DNA from: Candidatus Doudnabacteria bacterium
GTDB lineage: Bacteria; Patescibacteriota; Doudnabacteria; UBA920
NCBI GenBank assembly: GCA_020850635.1
Contig: JADZEH010000024.1
Coordinates: 8,617-72,616, forward strand
Reading direction: 5' to 3'
Length of the DNA stretch: 64,000 nucleotides
The position numbers and the translations under genes were made by a program. The notes beneath the pieces were generated by a model that did not search any database, had not been told where the DNA came from, and saw only the letters and a program-made list of their open reading frames with translations. This document shows positions 30,629-41,398 of this stretch, in pieces (positions within the stretch are counted from its first letter, which is position 1; every line of letters starts with the position of its first letter).

Positions 30629-30657
30629 ATAATATCATATTTGGGGGCTTTTGTCAA
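30629..30657 (-). promoter_or_regulatory. Sigma70-like promoter TTGACA-17-TATTAT upstream of rnpB
   Basis: Reverse complement of tgtcaa (30652-30657) and ataata (30629-30634), with a 17-bp spacer. Confidence 0.45.
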
Positions 30658-30689
30658 ACAAATCGCTACTGTTTAATTTCTGGAATACG

Positions 30690-30713
30690 AAAAACCCCTC
30701 CATGCGGAGGGGC
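30690..30713 (-). terminator. Intrinsic terminator after the secreted repeat protein gene (cccctcc/ggagggg)
   Basis: 7-bp GC stem with a tetraloop, then T-run on the minus strand. Confidence 0.55.
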
Positions 30714-30748
30714 TTTAAATTGATATTTGCTACTAAGCAAACTCATGA

Positions 30749-31600
30749 TTAAGGACTGGCATCAGCCCAAGCTGCGCCGGTACAAATCCACAAAATAGCG
30801 GCATCAGTCTCAACGTAAATTCTTCCAGCTTCTCCAGCTGCGTCACAATCGGTACCGGTAGGGGTAGCTGTTCCTGAAGGGATTTCTAGTAAACCAGCAA
30901 TGTTTGTAGTAGAGGTTGCGTGACCTATGTTAACTACATCTGTGGAAGGAACACCCTGAGTAGCAACAATGTTAACGGTTCTTGTACCAGCTAAAGCAGC
31001 TGCATTAGAAATGTTAACAGTTGTATTTCCACTACCCAGTGTATTGTTTGCAATGTTAAGAGTAGTTGTTGTGCCAGCGGCATTTACACCATTGGCAATA
31101 TTTACGGTTTGAATGTTTGTGCCACTTAAGTTAGCAGAACCAATATTAATAATATTTGAAGTACCGTTTGATTGACCAATAGTAATGGTACCTGTCTGAG
31201 CTGTTCCACCGATAGTGATTGTACCAGTAGTCATCGCGGCACCAATAGCAACGGATCCAGCGGTTTGAGTATTACCGATAGCGATAACGTTAGCTCCGGT
31301 TCCACCAACGCTAATGGTTTTAACCACAGCGGCACCAGTACCAATGTTAATTGTCTGTGCGGCTGTTCCAGTTCCCAAGCCAATGGTACCAGTTTGTCCC
31401 GTACCACCTAAAGTCAAAGTTCCAGCAACTGCAGCAGAACCAAGAACGATATCAGAACCTGCAGCAGCTTCCATTGATAAAGCACCATCGCTAGTAACAG
31501 CTAGGGCACCTACAGTCAAAGCTGCTCCGGCAGAACCCGGAACCATCAACGCGATAATTGCCAAACTCGCGGTGGCAATTTGCATTCCTTTTAGTTTCAT
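30749..31600 (-). CDS. Secreted Gly/Thr-rich beta-solenoid-like repeat protein (paralog 2)
   Basis: Signal peptide ...GSAGA. AALTVGALAVTSDGAL block shared with paralog 1. About 14-aa periodic T-x-T-I-x-I-G / N-I-x-N repeats. C-terminal CD...GEAGRIYVETD...LWICTGAAW. Confidence 0.6.
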   Translation of the reverse strand: MKLKGMQIATASLAIIALMVPGSAGAALTVGALAVTSDGALSMEAAAGSDIVLGSAAVAGTLTLGGTGQTGTIGLGTGTAAQTINIGTGAAVVKTISVGGTGANVIAIGNTQTAGSVAIGAAMTTGTITIGGTAQTGTITIGQSNGTSNIINIGSANLSGTNIQTVNIANGVNAAGTTTTLNIANNTLGSGNTTVNISNAAALAGTRTVNIVATQGVPSTDVVNIGHATSTTNIAGLLEIPSGTATPTGTDCDAAGEAGRIYVETDAAILWICTGAAWADASP

Positions 31601-31695
31601 TTTATCTTTCCTTTATTTCAAATATTTTCTATTTGAACAAGTTATTTTATGCATTAATTATACCACACTTTTAATACGCAAGGTGGATAACCTCG

Positions 31696-33012
<1,317 letters not shown>

Positions 33013-33065
33013 TTATTATACAAAGGATTGAGAGAAATAAAAAGAGCCGCAACATGCGGCACTAG

Positions 33066-33608
33066 TTAAACGATAAACTCGTGAATCGTTTCGTTATCAA
33101 GATCTCTTTCTTTAACATCACTAAATAAATGGTACATCAAGCGAATAATTCCAGCATGGGTGATAGCTAATATCACTTTATCATCTGTATGAGTTTGTCT
33201 GAGAAAATCAAGAAAAGTAGTTACACGTTTTTTTACATCGTTAAAATCTTCGCCACCAAACTCATGGTAGTCATATTCCTGTCTGAAATCTTTGTGTCGA
33301 TAGTCTGGCCCAAACTCTTCCAGAATATCTTTCCATGATCGGCCATTTAGAGAGCCGAAGTCGCGTTCAATTAATTCATCCCTATAGACAACAGGTAATT
33401 TAAGCTTTGTCGAAACAACTTCTGCCGTCTGATGCGTCCGCATTAAAGGCGAGGCGTAAATGGCATCAATATGATGTTCGGTGAGCTGGTCGGCCATTAC
33501 TGCAACTTGTTTCTCACCCACTTCGTTAATTGGCAAGTCCAAGTGACCATAGACTATCTCATTTTTATTACCATCTGTTTGCCCATGACGGATCATCAGT
33601 AATTTCAT
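33066..33608 (-). CDS. Histidine phosphatase family protein (phosphoglycerate mutase-like)
   Basis: LMIRHGQTDGN catalytic RHG motif. 180 aa. Confidence 0.8.
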   Translation of the reverse strand: MKLLMIRHGQTDGNKNEIVYGHLDLPINEVGEKQVAVMADQLTEHHIDAIYASPLMRTHQTAEVVSTKLKLPVVYRDELIERDFGSLNGRSWKDILEEFGPDYRHKDFRQEYDYHEFGGEDFNDVKKRVTTFLDFLRQTHTDDKVILAITHAGIIRLMYHLFSDVKERDLDNETIHEFIV

Positions 33609-34331
33609 CTATTTTCCCATTCTTCGTTCACGCTTGGCAAAATCTGCGAGCGCAAGTTCTAATTGATCAACGTTAAAAGCGGGCCACAACGTTTCGGTAA
33701 AATAAAATTGGCTGTTAGCTGTATGCCACATCATAAATCCTGCTGACCAGTGTGGTTCACCGCCAGTACGTACTACTAAATCGACTTCTGGTAGAAACCC
33801 AGTAGACAATGATTGTTTGACGTCTTCATAGGAAAGTTTTTGGTCAGTGGGGTTTAACTTTGGGATCGCATCAAGCATTTCTTCAATTCCACTGTATCCA
33901 AATAACACAGTGATAGTACGTTTTGTAAAATGGGCTGTTTTGCTTTCTAAGTCAGTAATAGATTTTGCTAAATCGGTATCGTTTAAAATCTCATTCCATT
34001 TCCCAACCACCCGAACTTTAATTTCATTTTTAATTAACTCTTCAAGCAATTTTGAATCAGATGATTTGCTTTTTGCTATAAAAGCAAGGAATTGAACTTC
34101 AAAGGGGGTTCTTTTTCGTAAGTTATCACCGGATGCTCCCCAAAAAGTAACGTAGTTTACGCCTTTCTTAAACAAGGCTTCACTGAGTTCCCAGAAACGT
34201 TTAATCCCTTCTTCATGCCCTGCAGTGGGCACAAGCCCTTGGCTCTTAGCCCAACGACGATTTCCGTCTGGAATAAGCGCTACGTGATTCGGTATATTTT
34301 CATCAGTCATACAACTGATTGTATCATACAA
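33609..34331 (-). CDS. uppS: Isoprenyl transferase (undecaprenyl-diphosphate synthase)
   Basis: HVALIPDGNRRWAK signature. Abuts the downstream gene with no spacer. Confidence 0.9.
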   Translation of the reverse strand: MYDTISCMTDENIPNHVALIPDGNRRWAKSQGLVPTAGHEEGIKRFWELSEALFKKGVNYVTFWGASGDNLRKRTPFEVQFLAFIAKSKSSDSKLLEELIKNEIKVRVVGKWNEILNDTDLAKSITDLESKTAHFTKRTITVLFGYSGIEEMLDAIPKLNPTDQKLSYEDVKQSLSTGFLPEVDLVVRTGGEPHWSAGFMMWHTANSQFYFTETLWPAFNVDQLELALADFAKRERRMGK

Positions 34332-34361
34332 AAACGCCCCAGAATAGGGACGTTTTGAAGT

Positions 34362-35852
34362 TTAATCTTTAGGAACAGTATGCCAGTAAATCTTGCTTGG
34401 ATCAGGGCGATTATTGCGTCTGTTAGGCTTACTACCAAACGGAGATTTGGCTGCACTTGGGCCTGTAGGACGCTGTGGTCGACCAGACTGAGAACTTGGA
34501 CCGCTGGGACGAGTAGTCCCCGCGCTTGGCCCTGAAGGACGAACTGGTCTGTCTGATTGAGCTGAATGAGCTCGTGGGCCACTAGGGCGAGCTGAGGAAC
34601 GAGGAGAACTGGAGACTGATCGAGTACTTCCGTAACTTGGACGAGTATTTGGTCTTGAACCAAACGAACGAGGAGGTCGGCTTGAACGCTCTGGTCGTTC
34701 TGGTCCTTCTAAAACAACGGCTTGTAAATTTTTGGGAGTTTCTTTAACAGGCAACGGCATTTTGATAACGCGTTCAATACTGCGAACATCAAATTTTTGA
34801 TCTGGCGTGACGAAAGAAATGGCTTTACCGATTTTTCCCGCACGAGCAGTACGACCAATTCGATGGACATAATCTTCAGCGTGTTCTGGTAAATCGTAGT
34901 TAACGACTAAGTTAATCCCGGAAACATCAATCCCGCGAGCCGCAATATCTGTTGCGACTAAAACGCGGTACTTTCCACTTTTGAAACCAGCCAAAGCTTC
35001 TTTGCGTTGAGACAAAGAACGATTGGAGTGAATTTCGGCAGCAGTGCTACCAAGTTTATTAATATGATGAGTAACTTTCTTGGCTCCGTACTTGGTACGA
35101 GTGAACACTAAAATAGTTTGATGACTTTCTTCAAGCAATTGCTGAAGTAAAGCCGGCTTTTCTTTGGGATGAACGAAAATGATTTCTTGAGTAACTTTTT
35201 CTGCAGTAGAACCAGCTGGCGCAACTTCCACACGAACAGGTAACTGCATGTAAGAGGTAGCTAAGGCAACAATTTCATTAGGCATGGTTGCAGAAAACAA
35301 CATGGTCTGACGATTGGTTGGCATCTTTTTGAAAACTTCTTTAATCTGAGGCGCAAAACCCATATCGAGCATACGATCAGCTTCATCTAAAACGACAACG
35401 CGAACTTTGTCGAGTTTAACTGTGCCTTGCTTTAAATGATCATTCAAACGACCAGGAGTCGCAATGAAAACATGAGGCTGCAGGCGCAAGCTACGAATTT
35501 GTTTAGAGATAGGCTCACCACCAATAAGCACGGTGGTCTTGAGACCGAGATCTCTACCGATGACGTGAAGTGATTCCTCAACTTGCAAAGCCAGTTCGCG
35601 AGTTGGAACAACAACTAAACCGTTGTTACCTTTGTGCTCACTTAAACGCTGAAGCATCGGAATACCGAAAGCTAAAGTTTTTCCGGTACCAGTTTGAGCA
35701 ATACCAATGACATCTGTACCAGTAATAGCCACAGGAATGGCCTGAGCCTGGATAGGAGTTGGTGTTGTGTACTTATTTTTTTCGAGTATCGTGAGAAACT
35801 TCTGATCAATGCCTAAAGAGGCAAAACCTTGTTCTGAGTGTGTAGTATCCAT
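34362..35852 (-). CDS. DEAD-box ATP-dependent RNA helicase with R/S/P-rich C-terminal tail
   Basis: Q-motif, AQTGTGKT, DEAD (VLDEADRMLD), SAT, ARGIDV. The last ~100 aa are low-complexity. Confidence 0.9.
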   Translation of the reverse strand: MDTTHSEQGFASLGIDQKFLTILEKNKYTTPTPIQAQAIPVAITGTDVIGIAQTGTGKTLAFGIPMLQRLSEHKGNNGLVVVPTRELALQVEESLHVIGRDLGLKTTVLIGGEPISKQIRSLRLQPHVFIATPGRLNDHLKQGTVKLDKVRVVVLDEADRMLDMGFAPQIKEVFKKMPTNRQTMLFSATMPNEIVALATSYMQLPVRVEVAPAGSTAEKVTQEIIFVHPKEKPALLQQLLEESHQTILVFTRTKYGAKKVTHHINKLGSTAAEIHSNRSLSQRKEALAGFKSGKYRVLVATDIAARGIDVSGINLVVNYDLPEHAEDYVHRIGRTARAGKIGKAISFVTPDQKFDVRSIERVIKMPLPVKETPKNLQAVVLEGPERPERSSRPPRSFGSRPNTRPSYGSTRSVSSSPRSSARPSGPRAHSAQSDRPVRPSGPSAGTTRPSGPSSQSGRPQRPTGPSAAKSPFGSKPNRRNNRPDPSKIYWHTVPKD

Positions 35853-35966
35853 AAAAAAATTCTGACCCCATTCCTTGGGCCAGAAAAATTCAGAGCATTA
35901 AGGTCAGAGTCTATTAATATCAATGATTATAACATAGAACTATTCATTTGTCAAAAGAATACCCTT

Positions 35967-37397
35967 TTATTTTATCTCTACGGTATAACCTTTTTCCGGC
36001 ATAGTTACGCTAACATTTGGATGACTGGCCTGAAGAGCCTCAACGAATGCCGTTCCTTGATCAACTTCAGTATGAACTACGAAAATCGATTTCAAACCCT
36101 TTAACTGCTTAATATAGTTCAATAAACCATTTTGATCAGCGTGAGCACTCAATTCATTGATCTTGCGAATCTGAGCTTTAACATGAAATTGCTTCCCAAA
36201 AATTCTCACCGGGCTTATTCCTTCAATAATTTTTCGACCAAGGGTATGCTGGGCTTGATACCCGGTAAACATAATAATACTGTTGGGATCTTCAATATTG
36301 TGCTTGAGGTGATGAAGAATACGGCCACCTTCAGCCATACCCGAAGCTGAAATAATCATCATCGGACCTTTCATATCGTTAATCGCTTTAGATTCTTCGA
36401 CGGAATGAGTGTAAATTAAATTTCGAAAAGCCAAAGGAGCCTCCCCTTTTGAACCAAACGCCACCCATGATTCATGGTCGAAGTCTTCTGCGTGCGCCAT
36501 GAAAACATCAGTGAGATGACCAGCTAGTGGACTATCTATATATATCGGCAAACGAGGGATTTCACCATCGTCAGTTAACTCATGAAGTAAATACACTAAC
36601 TCTTGAGTGCGACCAAGTGAAAAGGCTGGAACAATAATTTTGCTTTTGTGCTTGTAAGCATATTCAATCAGCTCACGCAATTCTTTTTTCGCATCATTAA
36701 TCGGACGATGATTACGAAAACCATAAGTCGCCTCAGTTAGAAATGTTTCAACAGGTTCCTGAATAACTTCGGGTGCGTGTAAAATTGGCGCAGGTGCTCG
36801 TCCTAAGTCTCCTGTAAATCCTAGGCTGTGAGTTTTCCCATTCTCGACACACTCTAAATAGATAACACTCGAACCTAAAATGTGACCGGCATCATAAAGC
36901 TTGAAGCGAATCCGCTCATTGAGAATTGTCCATTGTGGTCGAATTCTAAAGTATGGAATGGGCCGAACCTGTTTCATCATTATCTCTACGTCTTCAGTTG
37001 TATAAAGGGGTGAGATTGGGTCTTCGCCCTCTGGTAAACGATTATTATAGTACTCGGCATCTTGTTCTTGAATCTTGGCCGAATCGAGAAGAATCCAGCG
37101 CATCACTTCGGCTGTGGCGTTGGTACAATAGATATGACCAGTAAAACCTTGCTTGACGAGCAGGGGCAACATCCCGCAGTGATCTGCATGTCCATGAGAG
37201 ACAATCACCGCATTTATAGAACGAGCTTCGAATGGTAATTCACTATTTTGCTCACGGGCTTCACTACGACGTCCTTGAAACAAACCGCAATCTAAAAGCA
37301 CTCGATACCCTTGGGATTGAATCAAGTGTTTAGAACCAGTAACGTTTTGTGCGGCACCATAAAAAGTAATTTGCATTTTTGTTTTTGCAAGACCCAA
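35967..37397 (-). CDS. MBL-fold beta-CASP ribonuclease (CPSF-73/RNase J-like)
   Basis: VSHGHADHCGMLP metallo-beta-lactamase motif. About 476 aa with a beta-CASP-like C-terminal region. Confidence 0.7.
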   Translation of the reverse strand: MGLAKTKMQITFYGAAQNVTGSKHLIQSQGYRVLLDCGLFQGRRSEAREQNSELPFEARSINAVIVSHGHADHCGMLPLLVKQGFTGHIYCTNATAEVMRWILLDSAKIQEQDAEYYNNRLPEGEDPISPLYTTEDVEIMMKQVRPIPYFRIRPQWTILNERIRFKLYDAGHILGSSVIYLECVENGKTHSLGFTGDLGRAPAPILHAPEVIQEPVETFLTEATYGFRNHRPINDAKKELRELIEYAYKHKSKIIVPAFSLGRTQELVYLLHELTDDGEIPRLPIYIDSPLAGHLTDVFMAHAEDFDHESWVAFGSKGEAPLAFRNLIYTHSVEESKAINDMKGPMMIISASGMAEGGRILHHLKHNIEDPNSIIMFTGYQAQHTLGRKIIEGISPVRIFGKQFHVKAQIRKINELSAHADQNGLLNYIKQLKGLKSIFVVHTEVDQGTAFVEALQASHPNVSVTMPEKGYTVEIK

Positions 37398-37399
37398 TT

Positions 37400-38461
37400 T
37401 TATTTCTTAGGATTTTTGTCGGCGATTTGCTTCTGTCTATTGTGTTCAATAATTTTAAGGTAAACTTTCTCGTAACCAGTCACCATTTTTTCAACACTGA
37501 AATATTTTAAGGCACGCTTACGAGTCGCTTCCCGACTGATTTTATCAATAGATTTTATAGCTCGAACCATTTCCCCAACTGAATTAACCACATAACCACT
37601 TTCTTTATGTTGAACGACTTCTGGCACCGAACCCTTGTTCCAACCAATAACCGGGGTACCGCAAGACATCGCTTCGATCATAACCAAACCAAACACTTCA
37701 TCATACTGAGTTGGAAACAACAAACCTTTCGCGTTCTGTAAATATTTTACTTTCTCAGTTACACCAACATGGCCGATAAACTTGATTGTTTTTCCATTAA
37801 TAAATGGCTCGATCTTGCTTTGCCAGTATTTTTCATCAGGGTAACTATTGCCAGCAATTATTAAATTTACACCAGCAGTAATCGCCGCTTCAATAGCCAA
37901 GTGAACTCCTTTTTCATCTGTAATACGACCGATATAAAAGAAGTAGTCTTCTGGGTGAGGGTTAAAGCTAAACAAAGACGTATCAATCCCGTGGTAAATA
38001 TTAGCTGCCCAGTTTAGCTCTGGCATCTGTTTGCGTTGAGCTAAAGAAAAAGAAACGTAATAATTTTTAGGAAAAAATTGTAAAACTTTTTTAATATGCT
38101 CATCGAGCGGACTATGAACTGACTGTAGGGTTGGCGTTTTGACTAACCCGCTATAATATGAACTTAACAACGAAAAGTGTGAATGAATAATATCAAACTC
38201 ACTAGCTTTTTCGTAACACTTTGAAATAAGAACGTGTAAGTACTGCTTACGTAAATACTCCGCTAACCCAGCTTCACGAGTTGCAATTGGTGATACCGCT
38301 TGAAGAGTTGCATTTGTAACCGAATCCCCACTGCCAAAAAGCGTAACATCGTTACCACGTGACACAAGGCCATTAGTTAACCAGGCAGCTTGGGAATAGA
38401 TTCCCATACCGCTATGTGGATTAACCGCATATTCGTTTGAGACAAGCTGAGCTATTCTCAT
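37400..38461 (-). CDS. Glycosyltransferase family 4
   Basis: EVFGLVMIEAMSCGTPVIGW motif. Confidence 0.8.
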   Translation of the reverse strand: MRIAQLVSNEYAVNPHSGMGIYSQAAWLTNGLVSRGNDVTLFGSGDSVTNATLQAVSPIATREAGLAEYLRKQYLHVLISKCYEKASEFDIIHSHFSLLSSYYSGLVKTPTLQSVHSPLDEHIKKVLQFFPKNYYVSFSLAQRKQMPELNWAANIYHGIDTSLFSFNPHPEDYFFYIGRITDEKGVHLAIEAAITAGVNLIIAGNSYPDEKYWQSKIEPFINGKTIKFIGHVGVTEKVKYLQNAKGLLFPTQYDEVFGLVMIEAMSCGTPVIGWNKGSVPEVVQHKESGYVVNSVGEMVRAIKSIDKISREATRKRALKYFSVEKMVTGYEKVYLKIIEHNRQKQIADKNPKK

Positions 38462-39663
38462 TTCTTTGATATTACTTTTTTAAATAGACTCTCATACTGT
38501 TTAAAGATTGCCTCTGGATGATTATGGCTTATAATATAATTGACCAACTTCTTTGGTGGGGATGTTTTTGCTATCTTTTTGATTTTTCCGATGACCGTCT
38601 TAGGATTGTTAAATTGAGTAATCCAAGCGTTAAGTCCGAATTGTTTAAGCATATCCCCTGTGCCAACAGTTGGAGAAACTATAACTGGGCGGCCTTGCAA
38701 CAAAGCTTCGATAACTACACCGCAGAAAGTTTCAAAATATGATGGTACAACAATTAAATCCATTTCCTGATAAAACTTTTTGAGTTTCTCAGGTGGCATC
38801 GGATCAATTTGAGTTATGTAATTATTAAAAGATTTTACATGAGCATCAAGCCACGAATTCGGCACTGGATTTGTGACTGCGTAAAATTCCCAGGCCAAGC
38901 CCTGCTTTCTGGCTTCTTTTGCAATCGCGATGTATGCTGGAAAATTCTTAACTGCATCCCATCTTGCAACTATCCCAATCTTGATGACTTTCTTATCTTT
39001 GGTAAATGGTTTTGCTTTTACTTTGCTGACAAAAACTGGATTGTATGGCAACGCAATGTACTCAACTTGAGACTTAGGAACTTTCAATAAACGTTTAGAA
39101 TACTCTCGCTGACTCAAGGGCGTTAAGAAGATATTCTTTTTCGAATACCTCGCTAAATCTGATTCAACTTTACGACGAAACTCTAAATCATTTTTACTAA
39201 AAATTTTCTTAACTCTCTGAACGGCTTCTGTTTCTTTAATCCATAAGCCATGGTGAGTAGCCACAATAGGAATGCCAGCACGGTGAGCCGCAATAAAAAG
39301 CAAATAAGCCAAGGCTGAAAAACCGTTCATAAAGAACAAGTCCGGTTTCTGCGCGTTGATTATGCTCGCGAGTTTATCTAAAACCTTTCTTACGTCCTTA
39401 CTTTCTTTCCCAGAGTGAATTTTCAAAATTTCAGCGGTAGGAATCCAAAGTTTTACCACAATCCACTGATGCTTACCCCGCTTAAAAGTTTTGTAACTGA
39501 TTCCTAGCTTTTTGTCTTTAGGTCGTTCAAACACAAACGCAATATAACTATGCTTGGTTTTATCCCAATACATAGCAAACATGTTGGTAAAGTGCTGTGC
39601 CCCAACATAACCACTACCTAAGTTCTTTAAAAACTCGCGGTGACTGTTAAATAAAATTTTCAT
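38458..39663 (-). CDS. Glycosyltransferase (GT-B, GT4-like)
   Basis: ETFCGVVIEALLQGRPVIVSP motif. 4-nt overlap with the downstream GT. Confidence 0.75.
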   Translation of the reverse strand: MKILFNSHREFLKNLGSGYVGAQHFTNMFAMYWDKTKHSYIAFVFERPKDKKLGISYKTFKRGKHQWIVVKLWIPTAEILKIHSGKESKDVRKVLDKLASIINAQKPDLFFMNGFSALAYLLFIAAHRAGIPIVATHHGLWIKETEAVQRVKKIFSKNDLEFRRKVESDLARYSKKNIFLTPLSQREYSKRLLKVPKSQVEYIALPYNPVFVSKVKAKPFTKDKKVIKIGIVARWDAVKNFPAYIAIAKEARKQGLAWEFYAVTNPVPNSWLDAHVKSFNNYITQIDPMPPEKLKKFYQEMDLIVVPSYFETFCGVVIEALLQGRPVIVSPTVGTGDMLKQFGLNAWITQFNNPKTVIGKIKKIAKTSPPKKLVNYIISHNHPEAIFKQYESLFKKVISKK

Positions 39664-39687
39664 TTGCTGTTTTGATTTTTATATCAA

Positions 39688-40050
39688 CTACCTTACTGCT
39701 TTGCGATAACGCAACGGTCGAAGTGTAAACTTGGCGTCAGCAGCTAACTGGGAAATTTCTAACAACTGTTTTATCTTTTGGGTGAACAATTCTTTTTCTT
39801 TTTTTTGTGTCGCATCTTTACCCGTGAGAGCTTTGACTTCTTTTTCAAATTTGATTAGTTCTGGAGAGTAGTCATTATATTCAACTTTGCCATTAATCAG
39901 ACCGAGAAGCATGGCAATAATCTCATCTTCAATTACAGCAAACTTCACTCGAAGCATATTCGCAGCTTCTGAAGAGAGCTTGTCAGCAAAAGGAGTCGTA
40001 TGGTAGTTGCGCATTTCTACCAAGATTTTTTCTTTATTCGGTGAGGCCAT
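39688..40050 (-). CDS. Hypothetical protein
   Basis: 120-aa ORF in operon-like spacing after the GT pair. No recognised motif. Confidence 0.4.
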   Translation of the reverse strand: MASPNKEKILVEMRNYHTTPFADKLSSEAANMLRVKFAVIEDEIIAMLLGLINGKVEYNDYSPELIKFEKEVKALTGKDATQKKEKELFTQKIKQLLEISQLAADAKFTLRPLRYRKAVR

Positions 40051-40162
40051 ACGAGTGATTAATTAAGGCTATATCTCTATATTACTCCTATTTTGGGAAT
40101 AAAGATAGGGGTAAAGGATACTAAAAACACCGCGAGAGGCGGTGCTTTGAGAAAAACCCTAC

Positions 40163-40717
40163 TTATTTGAACTCGGCATAACTAAACAAAACAGAGAATG
40201 CTTTACACCAAATAAGGACTTTGTTGTACTTGCTGATATCGGTTCCTTCGGGAACTGTGTAATTTACATTTCCTTGTGTCGCTTTTAAATCACCCAAACT
40301 TACATAGTCGGCATCACCTAATTCGGATGATAAGTAAACATCGACATCTGGTCCATTGATAGTTTCAAAATTCTCGAATCGGACTACATGCTTACCATTC
40401 TGTTCAATGAGTATGGCCTTTCCAGAAACAGCGTGCGCCCGAGGTTTAAACTCAGCTGAGGCGACTATCTTAGCTTGATTTGATGGTACAGAATCAGACA
40501 TAACCATGACTTTATCTTTCATAGCCAAGGTCTCTTGTTCAAATCGCTCTTTGGTTTCAGGACTCATATTATCCAGATCATCCTTAACTACTTGAGAACC
40601 TACGGTGAGTGGTGATTCTTCATTCAACTCTTTGTTATTCCAAAACGGGGATATCAAATAATATGCAATCCCTAAAACCACTATTATCCCAACACTTAGT
40701 AAAACTTTTTTATTCAT
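40163..40717 (-). CDS. Secreted/membrane-anchored DM13-like domain protein
   Basis: N-terminal TM/signal. HAVSGKAILIEQNGKHVVRFENFETINGPDVDVYL resembles the DM13 domain consensus. Confidence 0.5.
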   Translation of the reverse strand: MNKKVLLSVGIIVVLGIAYYLISPFWNNKELNEESPLTVGSQVVKDDLDNMSPETKERFEQETLAMKDKVMVMSDSVPSNQAKIVASAEFKPRAHAVSGKAILIEQNGKHVVRFENFETINGPDVDVYLSSELGDADYVSLGDLKATQGNVNYTVPEGTDISKYNKVLIWCKAFSVLFSYAEFK

Positions 40718-40786
40718 ATGCTTGCATTAAAAATTTAACTACTTCTAACTTACTTGTTTAAAAGTATAACAAAAATCGCCACCTTG

Positions 40787-40860
40787 TGGCAGGGGCTGTA
40801 GGAATCGAACCTACGCAAATGGTTTTGGAGACCATTGTACTACCATTATACGAAGCCCCC
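40787..40860 (-). tRNA. tRNA-Trp (anticodon CCA)
   Basis: Reverse complement GGGGGCUUCGUAUAAUGGUAGUAC...CUCCAAA...GGUUCGAUUCC...CCA. Cloverleaf folds with anticodon CCA. CCA is encoded. Confidence 0.9.
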
Positions 40861-40930
40861 ATCAAAAGATGGTGATTATGTGCTAACCCAGTAAGTATAG
40901 CAAACCCCGAGGCTGTCCCCGGGGTAAATA

Positions 40931-41086
40931 CTACTTGGTTTCTTTGTGAACAGACATTTTCTTGCAGTGCTTACAAAACTTCTTGATTTCCAAGCGAGCT
41001 GGGGTGTTTTTCTTGTTCTTGCTCGTCATGTAATTCAAGTTTTTGCAAACCGTACATTCCAAATCGATTCGGTTATCTTGAGACAT
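40931..41086 (-). CDS. rpmG: 50S ribosomal protein L33
   Basis: 51-aa product [51 protein letters not shown] with two CxxC pairs. Below the ORF-track size cutoff. Confidence 0.85.
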   Translation of the reverse strand: MSQDNRIDLECTVCKNLNYMTSKNKKNTPARLEIKKFCKHCKKMSVHKETK

Positions 41087-41159
41087 AAAAAATGTTTTAA
41101 GTTGTTACAATTGTTTCAGCTATTGCAGCCAGGATCCGTTGGATACTTTTCTGAAACTA

Positions 41160-41235
41160 TGGAGCCGGCTGTCGGACTCGAACCGACCACCTACGGTTTA
41201 CAAAACCGTTGCTCTACCAGATGAGCTAAGCCGGC
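41160..41235 (-). tRNA. tRNA-Thr (anticodon UGU)
   Basis: Reverse complement GCCGGCUUAGCUCAUCUGGUAGAGCAACGGUUUUGUAAACCGU...GGUUCGAGUCC...GCCGGCUCCA. Confidence 0.9.
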
Positions 41236-41320
41236 ATCTAAAACTGACTTTTATTGCGTAGATAAAAGCCAAAATATTGTACCATAAACCCTGGAAAAAA
41301 TCCAGTCTTAATATAGTCGA

Positions 41321-41349
41321 TTGACATCAGCAGAAATTTATAGCATAAT
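41321..41349 (+). promoter_or_regulatory. Consensus-like sigma70 promoter TTGACA-17-CATAAT for the high-GC ORF
   Basis: -35 at 41321-41326, -10 at 41344-41349. AAGGAGGAG Shine-Dalgarno at 41386-41394. Confidence 0.5.
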
Positions 41350-41398
41350 ACTCAATCGACAGACACCAAATTCTGACGAGCTTCTAAGGAGGAGACCG

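Noticed and set aside
34307-34663. 118-aa ORF overlapping the DEAD-box helicase 3-prime region
   Set aside because: It is an alternate frame within the low-complexity tail coding region of the helicase gene, with no independent signals.
40946-41224. 92-aa plus-strand ORF
   Set aside because: It spans the rpmG (L33) coding region and tRNA-Thr on the opposite strand. The real features are those.
41321-41398. ORF-track N-terminal extensions starting at TTG (41321 and 55443)
   Set aside because: The TTG is the first codon of a TTGACA -35 hexamer in both cases. The true starts are the downstream SD-preceded ATGs (41399, 55497).
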